This document shows, piece by piece, positions 28,509 to 38,530 of a stretch of 64,000 nt of DNA (positions are counted from its first letter, which is position 1; the number at the start of each line of letters is the position of its first letter). The stretch comes from an uncultured Pseudomonadales bacterium (GTDB lineage Bacteria; Patescibacteriota; Microgenomatia; UBA1400; PJMF01). A model generated the notes under the pieces. The model saw only the letters and a program-made list of their open reading frames with translations. It searched no databases and was not told where the DNA came from. The stretch spans positions 14,966-78,965 of the forward strand of contig CAZOWX010000002.1 of assembly GCA_964583795.1 (NCBI GenBank), in the 5' to 3' direction. Made by a program: the position numbers and the translations under genes.

Positions 28509-28844
28509 TTACTGAACATCCTCAACTTTCGCCGCAAAGAGAGTGTCTCCACTATATTGGCCGCTGATCCGAACCCTTTTGCCTTCAAACCCAGCCAGAT
28601 CAACATTGTAACTATCAACTTCAGTTTGTTTACCCTGTCCATCGACAACAGAAAACACTCCATTTGTTAGAGTGAGTTTTCCTTCTAGGGTGGTGTCTCC
28701 AACTCGTGCTTGGGACTGAGATTCACTTGAAACTGGTTGTTCACTTACTGATGTCTTTGGTTGACACCCCACCAACAGAGCACTCCCCAAAAGCAGCAAA
28801 AAAACATTTTTCACTTGAGTTATCATACACAATCCTTTCCCCAC
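28509..28844 (-). CDS. Lipoprotein (hypothetical)
   Basis: Lipobox LLVGC after signal peptide. Confidence 0.4.
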   Translation of the reverse strand: MGKGLCMITQVKNVFLLLLGSALLVGCQPKTSVSEQPVSSESQSQARVGDTTLEGKLTLTNGVFSVVDGQGKQTEVDSYNVDLAGFEGKRVRISGQYSGDTLFAAKVEDVQ

Positions 28845-28932
28845 AATTCCTTTGACAGTTTGTTTTCTAATGCTGTACTATACCATCACATATACATGAT
28901 AATGCATTATCTAGTTCCCTTGGAGGAGTAAT

Positions 28933-29556
28933 ATGAAAAAAACGAAACTCACATTACTTGCTTTGGTGCTTTCAAGTTCACTTATCGTTGGAACAACAAC
29001 GATTCAAGCGGAAAACGAGACGGAAACAGAGAGCGAGCCAACAAGTATTCCTCAAAACAGAAATGCGTTTAGAAAAGAAATTGAAGAGAAAAGAGAGACT
29101 GTACAAGAAGAGCGTCAAGAAAGAATTGAAGAACGAAAAGAAAAACGTGAAGAAGTGAAGGCTACAATTACTGAGCGCGCACAAAATCGTCAAGAACATC
29201 GCTCTGAAGTCGCGAAACAACACGCTGAAAATTTACAGAAGCGTTTTGAAAATCACTACACTCGACTTTCAAATATTGCCAGTCGAATTCAAACGCGACT
29301 CAATACTCTTGAAGAAAAAGGCGAAGATGTCAGTACAGCTCAGGCAAAACTTGATACTGCAAACGCTTTGCTGCAACAGGCTCAGACACTGGGCGACGAA
29401 GCAGTGAAGGGTTTTGAAACTATTGATCCTCAGAAATACGAAGAACAACGAGAGTTAGCTCTTGCGGCTCGAGATAAAGCAGGGAAAGCACGGCAAGCGT
29501 ATGTCGATGCGATGCAAAGTATGAAAGATGCCTTACTTGCTTTGAAAAAACAATAA
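28933..29556 (+). CDS. Secreted coiled-coil protein (hypothetical)
   Basis: Signal peptide then E/K/R/Q-rich heptad-like sequence. Confidence 0.4.
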   Translation: MKKTKLTLLALVLSSSLIVGTTTIQAENETETESEPTSIPQNRNAFRKEIEEKRETVQEERQERIEERKEKREEVKATITERAQNRQEHRSEVAKQHAENLQKRFENHYTRLSNIASRIQTRLNTLEEKGEDVSTAQAKLDTANALLQQAQTLGDEAVKGFETIDPQKYEEQRELALAARDKAGKARQAYVDAMQSMKDALLALKKQ

Positions 29557-29580
29557 GTCTTTTTTGAAGGAGAAAATCAT

Positions 29581-29832
29581 ATGACAAGAAATTTTTTTTA
29601 TCATTCAGCTGCAGCCTTAATTATCGGATCCTTCCTGTTAAGTGGTTGCAACAGTACTCAACCCACACCAGATACTGAAAGTGAAACAGGCGTAGAAAGT
29701 AGCACAGAAATGAAAGCTCAAGACTCTGCGATGGAAACCGAACAAAAGTTATCAACTTCGACTGAAGTTGATGATCTAGAGCAAGATCTTGAAAACACCA
29801 CGATTGGAACTGAAGACTTTAGTGATCTATAA
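29581..29832 (+). CDS. Small acidic lipoprotein (hypothetical)
   Basis: Lipobox LLSGC; E/D/T/S rich. Confidence 0.35.
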   Translation: MTRNFFYHSAAALIIGSFLLSGCNSTQPTPDTESETGVESSTEMKAQDSAMETEQKLSTSTEVDDLEQDLENTTIGTEDFSDL

Positions 29833-29853
29833 CAACTGCTTTTTTCACTATTC

Positions 29854-30324
29854 CTATTTAGTGTTCACCCTCTCCACCGTCAATGTAGTCGACACCTTTG
29901 GATTGTGTTGATGTACAATCACAAGCTGTCCTCCAAACTTTTCAATAATGGATTGTTTTTCTGATTGATGAGGCGTGTGCGAAGAGATTGCCAAAAAGTT
30001 TGGTTTGATTCTTTCAATCAATGCTTCGTGGTCAGAAGGCCTTGAAAACTTCTGAGGTAAAACAAACACCACATCGGCAATTTTTGTCTTCATAATTGCG
30101 GACACTCGCTGCTCCTCATTCCAAATCGGCCGGTTTTCGCCCTTTAACTGCCTCACCCTCAAGTCAGACTCGACTCCAACAACAAGAATATCCCCTAACT
30201 CTTTCGCTCTTTGTAAAAACAGTTTGTGCTCTTTGTGAAACAGGTCAAACACTCCTGTCACCAGTACCACTGTTTTTTGGCGACGATGAATCGATAACCA
30301 CTGCACAGCGGACTGGACTGTCAT
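29854..30324 (-). CDS. Cytidylyltransferase-family nucleotidyltransferase (TagD/RfaE domain II-like)
   Basis: VLVTGVFDLFHKEHKLFLQRAKELGD matches the (T/H)xGH nucleotidyltransferase motif. Confidence 0.55.
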   Translation of the reverse strand: MTVQSAVQWLSIHRRQKTVVLVTGVFDLFHKEHKLFLQRAKELGDILVVGVESDLRVRQLKGENRPIWNEEQRVSAIMKTKIADVVFVLPQKFSRPSDHEALIERIKPNFLAISSHTPHQSEKQSIIEKFGGQLVIVHQHNPKVSTTLTVERVNTK

Positions 30325-30363
30325 ATCGTTTCCCTTGTATTTCTTGACATCGATAAAAATAAA

Positions 30364-31353
30364 TCATTGCTCCATGCTGTAGCCACACCAACTCTTCCCT
30401 TCTGAAAAAATGCCATTCCAAAGACGCAGCTGTTCTTGATCAAATCCACCTTTTTCTAAAATGTGCAACCACTCAGATAATACCCAACTTCTTGTGTCTC
30501 TTGGATGGAAAAACGCAAACCCTCTATCAACTGACTCTGTAGAGCGCCGCGGAGACATGTACAATCGTTGGAGATAGTAACTAGGCAAATCAAACAAAGA
30601 AACCACAACAATACACACTTTTTTGAAAAAAGCGGTAAAACTCTTTTTCATTTCTACGTGATTTTCATCGCGTTCTATTCGTGTCCCGTAATAGTTATGA
30701 CTTTCGTCTTCATCTGAGTAATTTATATATTCCTTTATCCATCTGTTTGCATTGATTAACTCGTTTTGTGTACCCAATACGAGTGTCGCTTGTATCACTT
30801 CATACGCAGAATATACGGATCGCTTTTTCTTTGGGATTTCCAAGTGTTTTTGGTCCAACCACAAATTAAAACACCACCCCCACTCTCCACTACTTCCATG
30901 CAGTCGATACTTGCCAATCAATGTTGTCCACAGAACAACAAGCATCCGAGTAAACCAAAGCGTTCCAGGAATGGTTACGACGAGCAAATCAATATCATCG
31001 GCAATTGAGCGGACATTATTCATTGCCAACGAACCGGTGACATACACCGATGAAATCGTCGGAATTTTTTTTAAAATGCTCAAAAGAGTTGAAACTTCTT
31101 TCCATTTCCCTTTTGAAAATTGTTCGCGCTCTTCTCGAGTTTTCAAGCTTGCAGGACTTTTTTGTAAAACCAAGAAACCACGCTCTTTTGTCACCAATGA
31201 CGTGCTATGAAGCGTTTCGAAAAGCTGCTTTTTGTCAGAGGTAGTAACACCTATCAAACGGTTGAAAAGTTCTTCATTCGTCAATGGATACTGAAAAATG
31301 GCACTGTACGCGAGTGTCGCAAGGGTACTTTCAAGCAAAAAGGTCTTTTTCAC
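30364..31353 (-). CDS. Pol-beta-superfamily nucleotidyltransferase domain protein (hypothetical)
   Basis: GSLAMNNVRSIADDIDLLVV resembles the GS...D.D minimal nucleotidyltransferase motif. Confidence 0.35.
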   Translation of the reverse strand: MKKTFLLESTLATLAYSAIFQYPLTNEELFNRLIGVTTSDKKQLFETLHSTSLVTKERGFLVLQKSPASLKTREEREQFSKGKWKEVSTLLSILKKIPTISSVYVTGSLAMNNVRSIADDIDLLVVTIPGTLWFTRMLVVLWTTLIGKYRLHGSSGEWGWCFNLWLDQKHLEIPKKKRSVYSAYEVIQATLVLGTQNELINANRWIKEYINYSDEDESHNYYGTRIERDENHVEMKKSFTAFFKKVCIVVVSLFDLPSYYLQRLYMSPRRSTESVDRGFAFFHPRDTRSWVLSEWLHILEKGGFDQEQLRLWNGIFSEGKSWCGYSMEQ

Positions 31354-31544
31354 TCGAGTATCATAACATATTAGGGAGTAGTATATAGGGTGTAGGATGT
31401 AGGAACTATACTTCTAACTAATCTGACCCCTTACAAAACAAAAAAACCAACCATTACTGGACTTCTTGCTAAATTGACAATAAAGTGAATGAAGCAACAA
31501 GTCTACTATTTTGGAGATTGGTTTTGATTTTTTTCGCACTGAAG

Positions 31545-33266
31545 CTACTTAGCCACGCCTTGTTGAGCCCCTGCTCCCACTCCGTATTGACCAAGTACTT
31601 GGTTCATTCCTTGAGAGACCGTTGCTGTACTTTGGGTCAGCGCTCCAGACCCAGCATTAACCATGTCCAGGTAGTACTTGATGATGCGATCGTTAATCCC
31701 GTTATCGTGAGTGTATGCGTTGAGATACCACGACTTTGCATAGGGAGCATCTTGAATAAAGGCTCCAACATACTGTTTGTTTGCAATCTCGTCAGCCAAA
31801 TCCACTCGCGAGTACAACTCACCAAAGGCACGCACATTCGAGGCGTCAGCATATAATTTTTTCTCAACATCGGCAGAACTTAAATACTTGAGTAAAAGCC
31901 ACGAACCTTCTTTTTGACTGCTTTGTGCATTGACGCCCTCTGCCCAAAAACTTGCCCAAGTCGTACGCGGTTTATCAGCCAATTGAGGCACTGGCACCAC
32001 ATCAAACTGCAAGTTAGGATTTGCCGACTTCACTTCATGTGCTCTCCATGATGGCGCAAGCATCATCGCTACGTCACCTTTGGCAAAAGCGACAGTTGCA
32101 TTGGGAAGTGTTGTATCCCAGACACCGAGCTTTCCTGAAAAGTCAAGGTAAAAGGAGATCGCTTCCAAAGCTTGTTCGGATGTTGGATTTGCAGGATTAG
32201 CTCCATTTTGCAACATCAGTAGTGCAATAATTTCCGGAAAATGCTCAACATTTGAGGCCGTTCCCATGGCAATTCCACCACGAGTTATCTTCCCCCCTGA
32301 TTTAATAGTTAACTCTTGCGATAGTCGTTTTAACTCTTCCCAATCCTTTGGTGGAGTTTTGTTGGCAATCGTAAAAATGTCTTTGTTATAGTACAAGCCT
32401 AAACCGTCGATCATGAGTGGGATCCCTACCACATTCCCATTCAAGGTAAGCTGCTGTGTCGCTGTCGGATAAAAGGTCTTTGAGAACTCATCCTTAGTCA
32501 TAATTTTTTCTGGTAAAGGACTGAGCTCGTTTTTGAGCATTGGCACCCAACTGGCATGAAAGCGAAATACGTCTGGGCCACTGCCTTTGGAGATCTCGGC
32601 CTGCAAGCGCTCACGATAATCTTGATACGATTGTTGAGTGTATTGAACTTGATACTCCGGATTCGCTTTTTCAAAATCACTCAGCACCTGTTGCATGACT
32701 GTGGTTGGCTCCCAAAGCCCCCAATACACAATTGTTTTCTTTTTGACTGGAGCAGTGGTACTTGTTTTGGGGTTAGAGATTGACTTGTTTTTATTTAAAA
32801 ACCAATACGCTCCAAAGGCCAATAAACCAACAAACAATATCCCGAGCAATAAAAAGGGCAAAAACCGTAAAATGGATTTTTTCGGTTGATCAGCACCACC
32901 AGCACTACTTGGAGGGGGGGTACTTGCTTTAAATTGGGTCGCCGTTCCCACTACTGTGGCATTGGGCTTCACTGAACTTACCGGAGGTTGAGTCATTGAA
33001 GGCTTCATTCCCACTTGAGCTGAACCTCCAACCGATTTCACGGATGAGGCATTCATAACGGGATTGTTCGGGAAAGTTGTCGGAGTCGAGTTAACAGGAT
33101 TTGCACTCATGGTAGCACCAGCAGGGGCTCCGGGAGCTTTCGCCGAAAATGCGGCTGATGACGGTTGTGGGACACTTTGTTGAGCGCTTGCCATTCCCAC
33201 AGGGTTCCCTGGTTGAAATGGGTTCAATGGTTTTACGTTTGGGGTGGGAAGTGTATTATCAGGCAT
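31545..33266 (-). CDS. ABC transporter substrate-binding protein (family 1, sugar-type), N-terminal TM anchor and long low-complexity linker
   Basis: about 170-aa P/S/A/T-rich linker, TM, then MalE-like SBP domain (IVYWGLWEP...DVFRFHASW); no permease or ATPase adjacent. Confidence 0.55.
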   Translation of the reverse strand: MPDNTLPTPNVKPLNPFQPGNPVGMASAQQSVPQPSSAAFSAKAPGAPAGATMSANPVNSTPTTFPNNPVMNASSVKSVGGSAQVGMKPSMTQPPVSSVKPNATVVGTATQFKASTPPPSSAGGADQPKKSILRFLPFLLLGILFVGLLAFGAYWFLNKNKSISNPKTSTTAPVKKKTIVYWGLWEPTTVMQQVLSDFEKANPEYQVQYTQQSYQDYRERLQAEISKGSGPDVFRFHASWVPMLKNELSPLPEKIMTKDEFSKTFYPTATQQLTLNGNVVGIPLMIDGLGLYYNKDIFTIANKTPPKDWEELKRLSQELTIKSGGKITRGGIAMGTASNVEHFPEIIALLMLQNGANPANPTSEQALEAISFYLDFSGKLGVWDTTLPNATVAFAKGDVAMMLAPSWRAHEVKSANPNLQFDVVPVPQLADKPRTTWASFWAEGVNAQSSQKEGSWLLLKYLSSADVEKKLYADASNVRAFGELYSRVDLADEIANKQYVGAFIQDAPYAKSWYLNAYTHDNGINDRIIKYYLDMVNAGSGALTQSTATVSQGMNQVLGQYGVGAGAQQGVAK

Positions 33267-33319
33267 AAGCTATTTTACCATGCTTTTAACTAGAGACATT
33301 CAGATCTATAATAGCACCC

Positions 33320-35083
33320 ATGCGTGTTTTACGACAAGAGTGGTTCAGCGGACACATAAAAGCTTTCTTCTTGGGAGCTGTCTTGGCTGTGTTTGCGCTG
33401 GTTATCGGAGGCTCACTCGCTTACTATACAACATATCATAGTCGGTTTTACGAGGGAGTCTTCATCGACTCTGTTGACGTCTCTCGTTTGACCAAGGCTG
33501 AGGCGTTACAAAAACTGCAGGAAAACACAGTTGTCCCCAGCACAACCGTCACGCTGCAACTTGACCAAACTTCGCTAGCATCTTCTTCTGCGGCTTTAGG
33601 AGTTCATCATGAATATGATGACACACTCGTGACTGCACTCCAGTGGGGGCGTAGTAGTACTATTATTAATAACATCGCCACTATTTTTTCAACCTATACA
33701 CAAGCTAAAAATTTTGAGTCTCCACTCGCATTTGACACTGAACTGACAACAGCATTTACCAAACAGTATGCAACCCTGGCAGATCATCCTGGAAAAAATC
33801 CCAGTGCTCATCTTGAAAACGGGAAGATCATCATTGATGCAGGTGCATTTGGTCAAGCAGTCGACATCGAACAAACCAACCAAGCCATACTCTCAGCCGC
33901 AAACACCTCTTCTCCAGTTATTACCGCTGTTATGAAAGATACGGGAATTCAACTGAATCCGGAACAAATTACAGCGGCAGTAACTCGTGCACAAAAACTG
34001 GTTGGAAAAACCCTCAAAGGGAAAGTTGATATTGTTACGGTCGATATTGATGACGCACAACTCGTGGCGGCGCTGACTTTCCCAGAAGGCTATGATGATG
34101 AGCTCATCAGCTCAATCACTGATGAGTTTAAAGAGAAGATTGATCGACCGGCAAAAAACGCAGTTTTTTCTTTCGACCCATCATCGCTCAAGGTTTCTGA
34201 GTTTCAACCAGACCTTGACGGGATCACGATCGATCAACAGCTTGCTCATGATGAAGTCGTGAAAGCTCTAAAAACGTTTGAGTCTGATACTGCTCCGAAA
34301 GAACTGGTGATAGAAATTCCCAAAACGGCGAAAAAGGCCGAGATCACGTTGGGTTCGCTTAACAACTTGGGGATTAACGAACGCATTGGGTTTGGTGAAA
34401 CGTATTATTATCATTCAATTCCCTCTCGTGTACACAACGTTTCCCAAGCCAGCAAAATCTTGAACAATACTATTGTAAAACCCGGCGAAGAGTTTTCATT
34501 CAATAAGACACTCGGAGAAGTTTCGAAGAGCACGGGTTTTCTGCCGGCATACATCATCCAATCTGGTCAAACAGTACTTGGTGATGGTGGGGGCGTGTGT
34601 CAAGTCAGTACGACACTTTTCCGATCGCTCCTTGACTCGGGATTAAAAATCACCAAACGCAAAGCTCACACTTACAGAGTCAGCTACTACGAGCTCAATC
34701 GCGAACCAGGGTTTGATGCGACTGTTTTTTCTGGTGACGTGGATCTGCGTTTTGTGAATGACTCACCAGGAGCGGTACTGCTTCACTTTGAGACGTTTCC
34801 CGATGATCGCTATATGTTTGTGACTATTTATGGCACAGACGATGGTCGAACCACAGAAATTTCAGAATATAAAAAATGGGATTCTCGAGGAGCTCCACCA
34901 GCCCAATATATTGATGATCCCTCTCTGCCTCCCGGGAAGCTCGTTCAAATCGATTTTGCAGTGGGTGGGATTAAGGCCCAGTTCAAGCACACGGTTCGTG
35001 ATAAAACGGGCAACTTAATGTATGAAAATGTCTACTACTCAAATTACATCCCGTGGTCAGCGAAGTATCGGAGAGGAGTTTAG
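33320..35083 (+). CDS. VanW-family protein with N-terminal TM anchor
   Basis: C-terminal VanW domain GGGVCQVSTTLFRSLLDSGLKITKRKAHTYRVSYY. Confidence 0.7.
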   Translation: MRVLRQEWFSGHIKAFFLGAVLAVFALVIGGSLAYYTTYHSRFYEGVFIDSVDVSRLTKAEALQKLQENTVVPSTTVTLQLDQTSLASSSAALGVHHEYDDTLVTALQWGRSSTIINNIATIFSTYTQAKNFESPLAFDTELTTAFTKQYATLADHPGKNPSAHLENGKIIIDAGAFGQAVDIEQTNQAILSAANTSSPVITAVMKDTGIQLNPEQITAAVTRAQKLVGKTLKGKVDIVTVDIDDAQLVAALTFPEGYDDELISSITDEFKEKIDRPAKNAVFSFDPSSLKVSEFQPDLDGITIDQQLAHDEVVKALKTFESDTAPKELVIEIPKTAKKAEITLGSLNNLGINERIGFGETYYYHSIPSRVHNVSQASKILNNTIVKPGEEFSFNKTLGEVSKSTGFLPAYIIQSGQTVLGDGGGVCQVSTTLFRSLLDSGLKITKRKAHTYRVSYYELNREPGFDATVFSGDVDLRFVNDSPGAVLLHFETFPDDRYMFVTIYGTDDGRTTEISEYKKWDSRGAPPAQYIDDPSLPPGKLVQIDFAVGGIKAQFKHTVRDKTGNLMYENVYYSNYIPWSAKYRRGV

Positions 35084-35372
35084 TTTCTAGGGCTTAGGGT
35101 TTAGGCATTTGGCCTTAGGGGTTGACTTTTAATTTTTCGACTTCAGATTTGCTTTTACGTGTCCCTTAGGACGTTTTTTCTTTAAAAAAATTGAATATTT
35201 ATATCCGGAATCATCAGCATTTCTACCACTATATAAGCTGGAATTATTAATTACAACACTGGTAGCACAAATTGCGGCTCATCTCGGCGAAGTACCACAA
35301 GCACTCTTTGCAGGGTTAATGGGATCTCAAAGCCCTCAAGACTAAACAGGTGTCGATCGTATTCATAAGACG

Positions 35373-35759
35373 TCAACCGTACTTTCCAGGTTTTCTCACC
35401 TTCAGTCCCTTGATCATCTGGAAATGTTTCACATTATCAGTAACCAAGGTCAGTCCTTCTTCCATTGCTGTCGCGGTAATCAGTGCGTCAAAAAACCCGA
35501 CTCCATGAGAAGGACCATATTGTAATACAATCTCACAAGCCTTTTTGTGAATGCTTTCACTTCCCCAATGAATCTTGCTATTATTTGCAATCTGAACAAC
35601 TTTCTTTTTTTCCTGTTTATTGAACGATCCTTGAAGCAACTCGCCATACGTTACGTATGACATCACATAATCCAAATGAGCATTGAGAAAATTTTGAGAA
35701 GGGAGATGTTTTCTGAGAACGGAGATGAAAACCGTCGTGTCAATCAAGATTGAGTTCAT
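35373..35759 (-). CDS. vapC: PIN-domain toxin VapC
   Basis: MNSILIDTTVFISVLR N-terminus, acidic residues typical of PIN; 20-nt overlap with the upstream antitoxin. Confidence 0.65.
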   Translation of the reverse strand: MNSILIDTTVFISVLRKHLPSQNFLNAHLDYVMSYVTYGELLQGSFNKQEKKKVVQIANNSKIHWGSESIHKKACEIVLQYGPSHGVGFFDALITATAMEEGLTLVTDNVKHFQMIKGLKVRKPGKYG

Positions 35760-36045
35760 ATCGAGGTTTTCTAATGTTATTGACCCATGCTACGGGATCT
35801 GCCATGTCGTCCCGATCTGCCCACATGCCTGCGGCTGCATCAAGAGCTTTCTTTAGCCGTTCTTTTCTCTTTTGCTCATCTTGAGAGGCAACTTTTTCAT
35901 CAGTCACGGGAATAATAAGAGCTTTCACTTTGCCAAACTTTTTCACCACAAAACGTTTTCCCAAATAATCGACCTGATCTAGAATCTCAGCCAAAGTATC
36001 CCTTGTTTGCTTGACAGTCAGTGTGGTATATGGTGTTTGAGACAT
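35740..36045 (-). CDS. vapB: Antitoxin (VapB/Phd-like)
   Basis: 101-aa protein immediately upstream and overlapping vapC. Confidence 0.5.
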   Translation of the reverse strand: MSQTPYTTLTVKQTRDTLAEILDQVDYLGKRFVVKKFGKVKALIIPVTDEKVASQDEQKRKERLKKALDAAAGMWADRDDMADPVAWVNNIRKPRYELNLD

Positions 36046-36144
36046 AGTTGGTTGATTTTATTACAAAATGTACAAAGCGTCAACTTTGACACAAGAATTC
36101 AAAATCTGCTCAATCTTCAGGTTACCATCTGCTAAAATACAGTC

Positions 36145-37452
36145 ATGAACCCACCCAGTCAACCGTTGACCGTTCTCGCTATAGAATCGTCCTGTGACGA
36201 GACTGCTTGTTCAGTAGTACAAAAAAGTGACAGTGAACCATTGGCTCACGTCCTCTCCTCTGTTACGGCAACCAGTCTGGCCAAGCATAAAGCAACCAAA
36301 GGAATTGTTCCTGAAATAGCTGCGAGAGAGCAGTTAAAGTATATATTGCCGGTTATTGAGGAAGCGCTGAGTAAACTCAAAACTCAAAACTCAAAATTCA
36401 AAATTGGTAGTCAAAAAACATCCAATAACCAATACCCAACAACCAATACCCAACTTGATGCAATAGCGGTTACCGTCGGTCCAGGATTAGCTGGGTCGCT
36501 CTTAGTCGGGATTGAGACCGCTCGTGCCCTCGCAATGGCGTGGAATCTTCCCATTATTCCGGTCAATCACATAAAGGCTCACCCGTATGCAAATTTCATC
36601 AAAAGTCAAAGCTCAACAAACGATAAACTGGTTCGTGCAGTTGTGAATGAACGATCAACAACTCAACAACTCAACAGCTCAACAACAGTCCCAAACTTTC
36701 CCCTTCTCTCCTGGGTAATCTCCGGCGGACATACCGATTTATTTCTAATGAACTCTCACACCGATATTCAACGACTTGGTGGAACTGTCGATGATGCGGC
36801 TGGTGAGTGCTTTGACAAGTGCGCTCGCGTTCTTGGATTTGATTATCCAGGCGGACCGTTTATCGAAAAATTGGCAGGGGGAAAAAGGAAGATCCCCAAT
36901 GGCCAAGCTCATCCCCCTCGCTTTGCACTTCAGGATGACAAAAACCATCATTTCGGCGAAAGCCGGGATCTATCCACAGTTGTTGTGTCAACAACCCAAC
37001 AACCGAACAACACAACAACTATCCCCCTCCCCCGCCCGCTCTTTTACGAGAAGACTCTGAACATGTCCTTTTCCGGTCTTAAGGCAGCTTTTTTGCGATC
37101 ATTCAACGAAAACAAAGAAACAATCCCACTAGAAGAACTTCAGCACAAACTCGCAACTGCGTTGCAAGAAGCAGTCACAGACATTATCGTCAAACGTACC
37201 CAGCAAGCACTCGAGCTCTATCCGCAAGTTCGCTCAATCATCGTCTCTGGTGGCGTCAGTGCAAATCAGAAATTAAGAGAAAAACTCGACACTCACACCC
37301 AACAACCCAACAACACAACCACTCAACAACTGACAATGCACTTTCCCTCTATTGATTACTGTACCGACAACGCAGCAATGATCGGCAGCTACGCGCTGTT
37401 TCACATGGATGAAAAAACGGATTGGAAAAATGTAAAACTTGACTTAAGCTAA
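36145..37452 (+). CDS. tsaD: tRNA N6-adenosine threonylcarbamoyltransferase TsaD, with several in-frame repeat insertions
   Basis: LAIESSCDETACSVV N-terminus, HIKAHPYA, GGVSANQKLREKL; about 95 aa longer than typical TsaD because of low-complexity inserts (NNQYPTTNTQ; STTQQLNSSTT; HFGESRDLSTVVVSTTQQPNNTTT; HTQQPNNTTTQQL). Confidence 0.8.
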   Translation: MNPPSQPLTVLAIESSCDETACSVVQKSDSEPLAHVLSSVTATSLAKHKATKGIVPEIAAREQLKYILPVIEEALSKLKTQNSKFKIGSQKTSNNQYPTTNTQLDAIAVTVGPGLAGSLLVGIETARALAMAWNLPIIPVNHIKAHPYANFIKSQSSTNDKLVRAVVNERSTTQQLNSSTTVPNFPLLSWVISGGHTDLFLMNSHTDIQRLGGTVDDAAGECFDKCARVLGFDYPGGPFIEKLAGGKRKIPNGQAHPPRFALQDDKNHHFGESRDLSTVVVSTTQQPNNTTTIPLPRPLFYEKTLNMSFSGLKAAFLRSFNENKETIPLEELQHKLATALQEAVTDIIVKRTQQALELYPQVRSIIVSGGVSANQKLREKLDTHTQQPNNTTTQQLTMHFPSIDYCTDNAAMIGSYALFHMDEKTDWKNVKLDLS

Positions 37453-37484
37453 AGGATAGAGTTACAACAACAAATATTCAATCA

Positions 37485-38519
37485 ATGCAAACAAACCCTC
37501 CTGATTTTGTTGAACAAGAAAATAATATTGAGAGACTCACTCAGTCTTGGCTTGCAGATTTTGAAGCAGAACTTGAACAAAACCCAGACGTACACTCTTT
37601 TCTTCGCCACTGCGTAATCAAAGACTTAAAGGAAAGAGTCCGTGTAACCGAAGAAAATGGGTGTTTAGTCGTATTTGTCGACGAAGATCACCATGAAGTG
37701 AACAATGAATCCCTGGCGGTTTGGGAGCTCTTACTAGAAAGAAAACAGGTTGAGGGATTATTTATCGAGTATTTTTCTCCAGAGCTCAAATACAATTCTC
37801 GTAAAAGTCCTATTTTTATAAAACCAATACTTAGTGCTTTCTTTAAAATGAAGCGGTATAAACTCCGACTTTTTTCAGCAAACCAAGTTGTAAAAATTGC
37901 AAGAGAAAATCAAGTTCAAATTTCAACTTGTGATATAGCCAATTCATGGAGATACCAACTCGGATACTTTCTAGCATACATCCTTTCAACTTTGAATCTG
38001 TCCCTTTTCTTAGCTCAAACTTTTCAAGAACATCAATGGATTTCTCCAACGGTCTCACTAGCATTTTCAATTTATATTGCATTTAAAGAAACACTCAATC
38101 TCACCGCTGAAAACACAGAAAATTCAGCATTTTTGAAAAAAATAGAACATTGGATTGTCACGTTTGAAGATGCTCGTCGACACTTTGTAGCAAAAGGAAT
38201 TGAGACCAAAACAAAACAGACTCAACAAAAACGGACCGAACATGGTTCGCCTCGTCCAGAATTTATTGTTCGCTATCCCAAGGCTCATAACAATAGAATT
38301 ATTCAAGATCTCCTTTACCCAATTCCAATAAAAAAACTGGCGTATCGAATAATAGCCCCATACCTCGACTTCAGCATCAGAACTTTTGTTCCATACTCAG
38401 ATGGTGAGGATGTCTCAGCAGAGGAAAAAAGAAAGTATAGTGGTTGGAAACTTCTAGAAAGAATTCAATTCCCGTTTTTCGATTTTGCTATTGAAGACCG
38501 CCCTCGAGAAAACACTTAA
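37485..38519 (+). CDS. Hypothetical protein
   Basis: 344-aa ORF, no recognisable motif. Confidence 0.3.
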   Translation: MQTNPPDFVEQENNIERLTQSWLADFEAELEQNPDVHSFLRHCVIKDLKERVRVTEENGCLVVFVDEDHHEVNNESLAVWELLLERKQVEGLFIEYFSPELKYNSRKSPIFIKPILSAFFKMKRYKLRLFSANQVVKIARENQVQISTCDIANSWRYQLGYFLAYILSTLNLSLFLAQTFQEHQWISPTVSLAFSIYIAFKETLNLTAENTENSAFLKKIEHWIVTFEDARRHFVAKGIETKTKQTQQKRTEHGSPRPEFIVRYPKAHNNRIIQDLLYPIPIKKLAYRIIAPYLDFSIRTFVPYSDGEDVSAEEKRKYSGWKLLERIQFPFFDFAIEDRPRENT

Positions 38520-38530
38520 AGATTCTGACC

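Noticed and set aside
35085-35125. TAGGGCTTAGGGTTTAGGCATTTGGCCTTAGGGG (TTAGG-type) mini-repeat, also at 53290-53320
   Set aside because: Only two short, imperfect copies; insufficient to call a feature.
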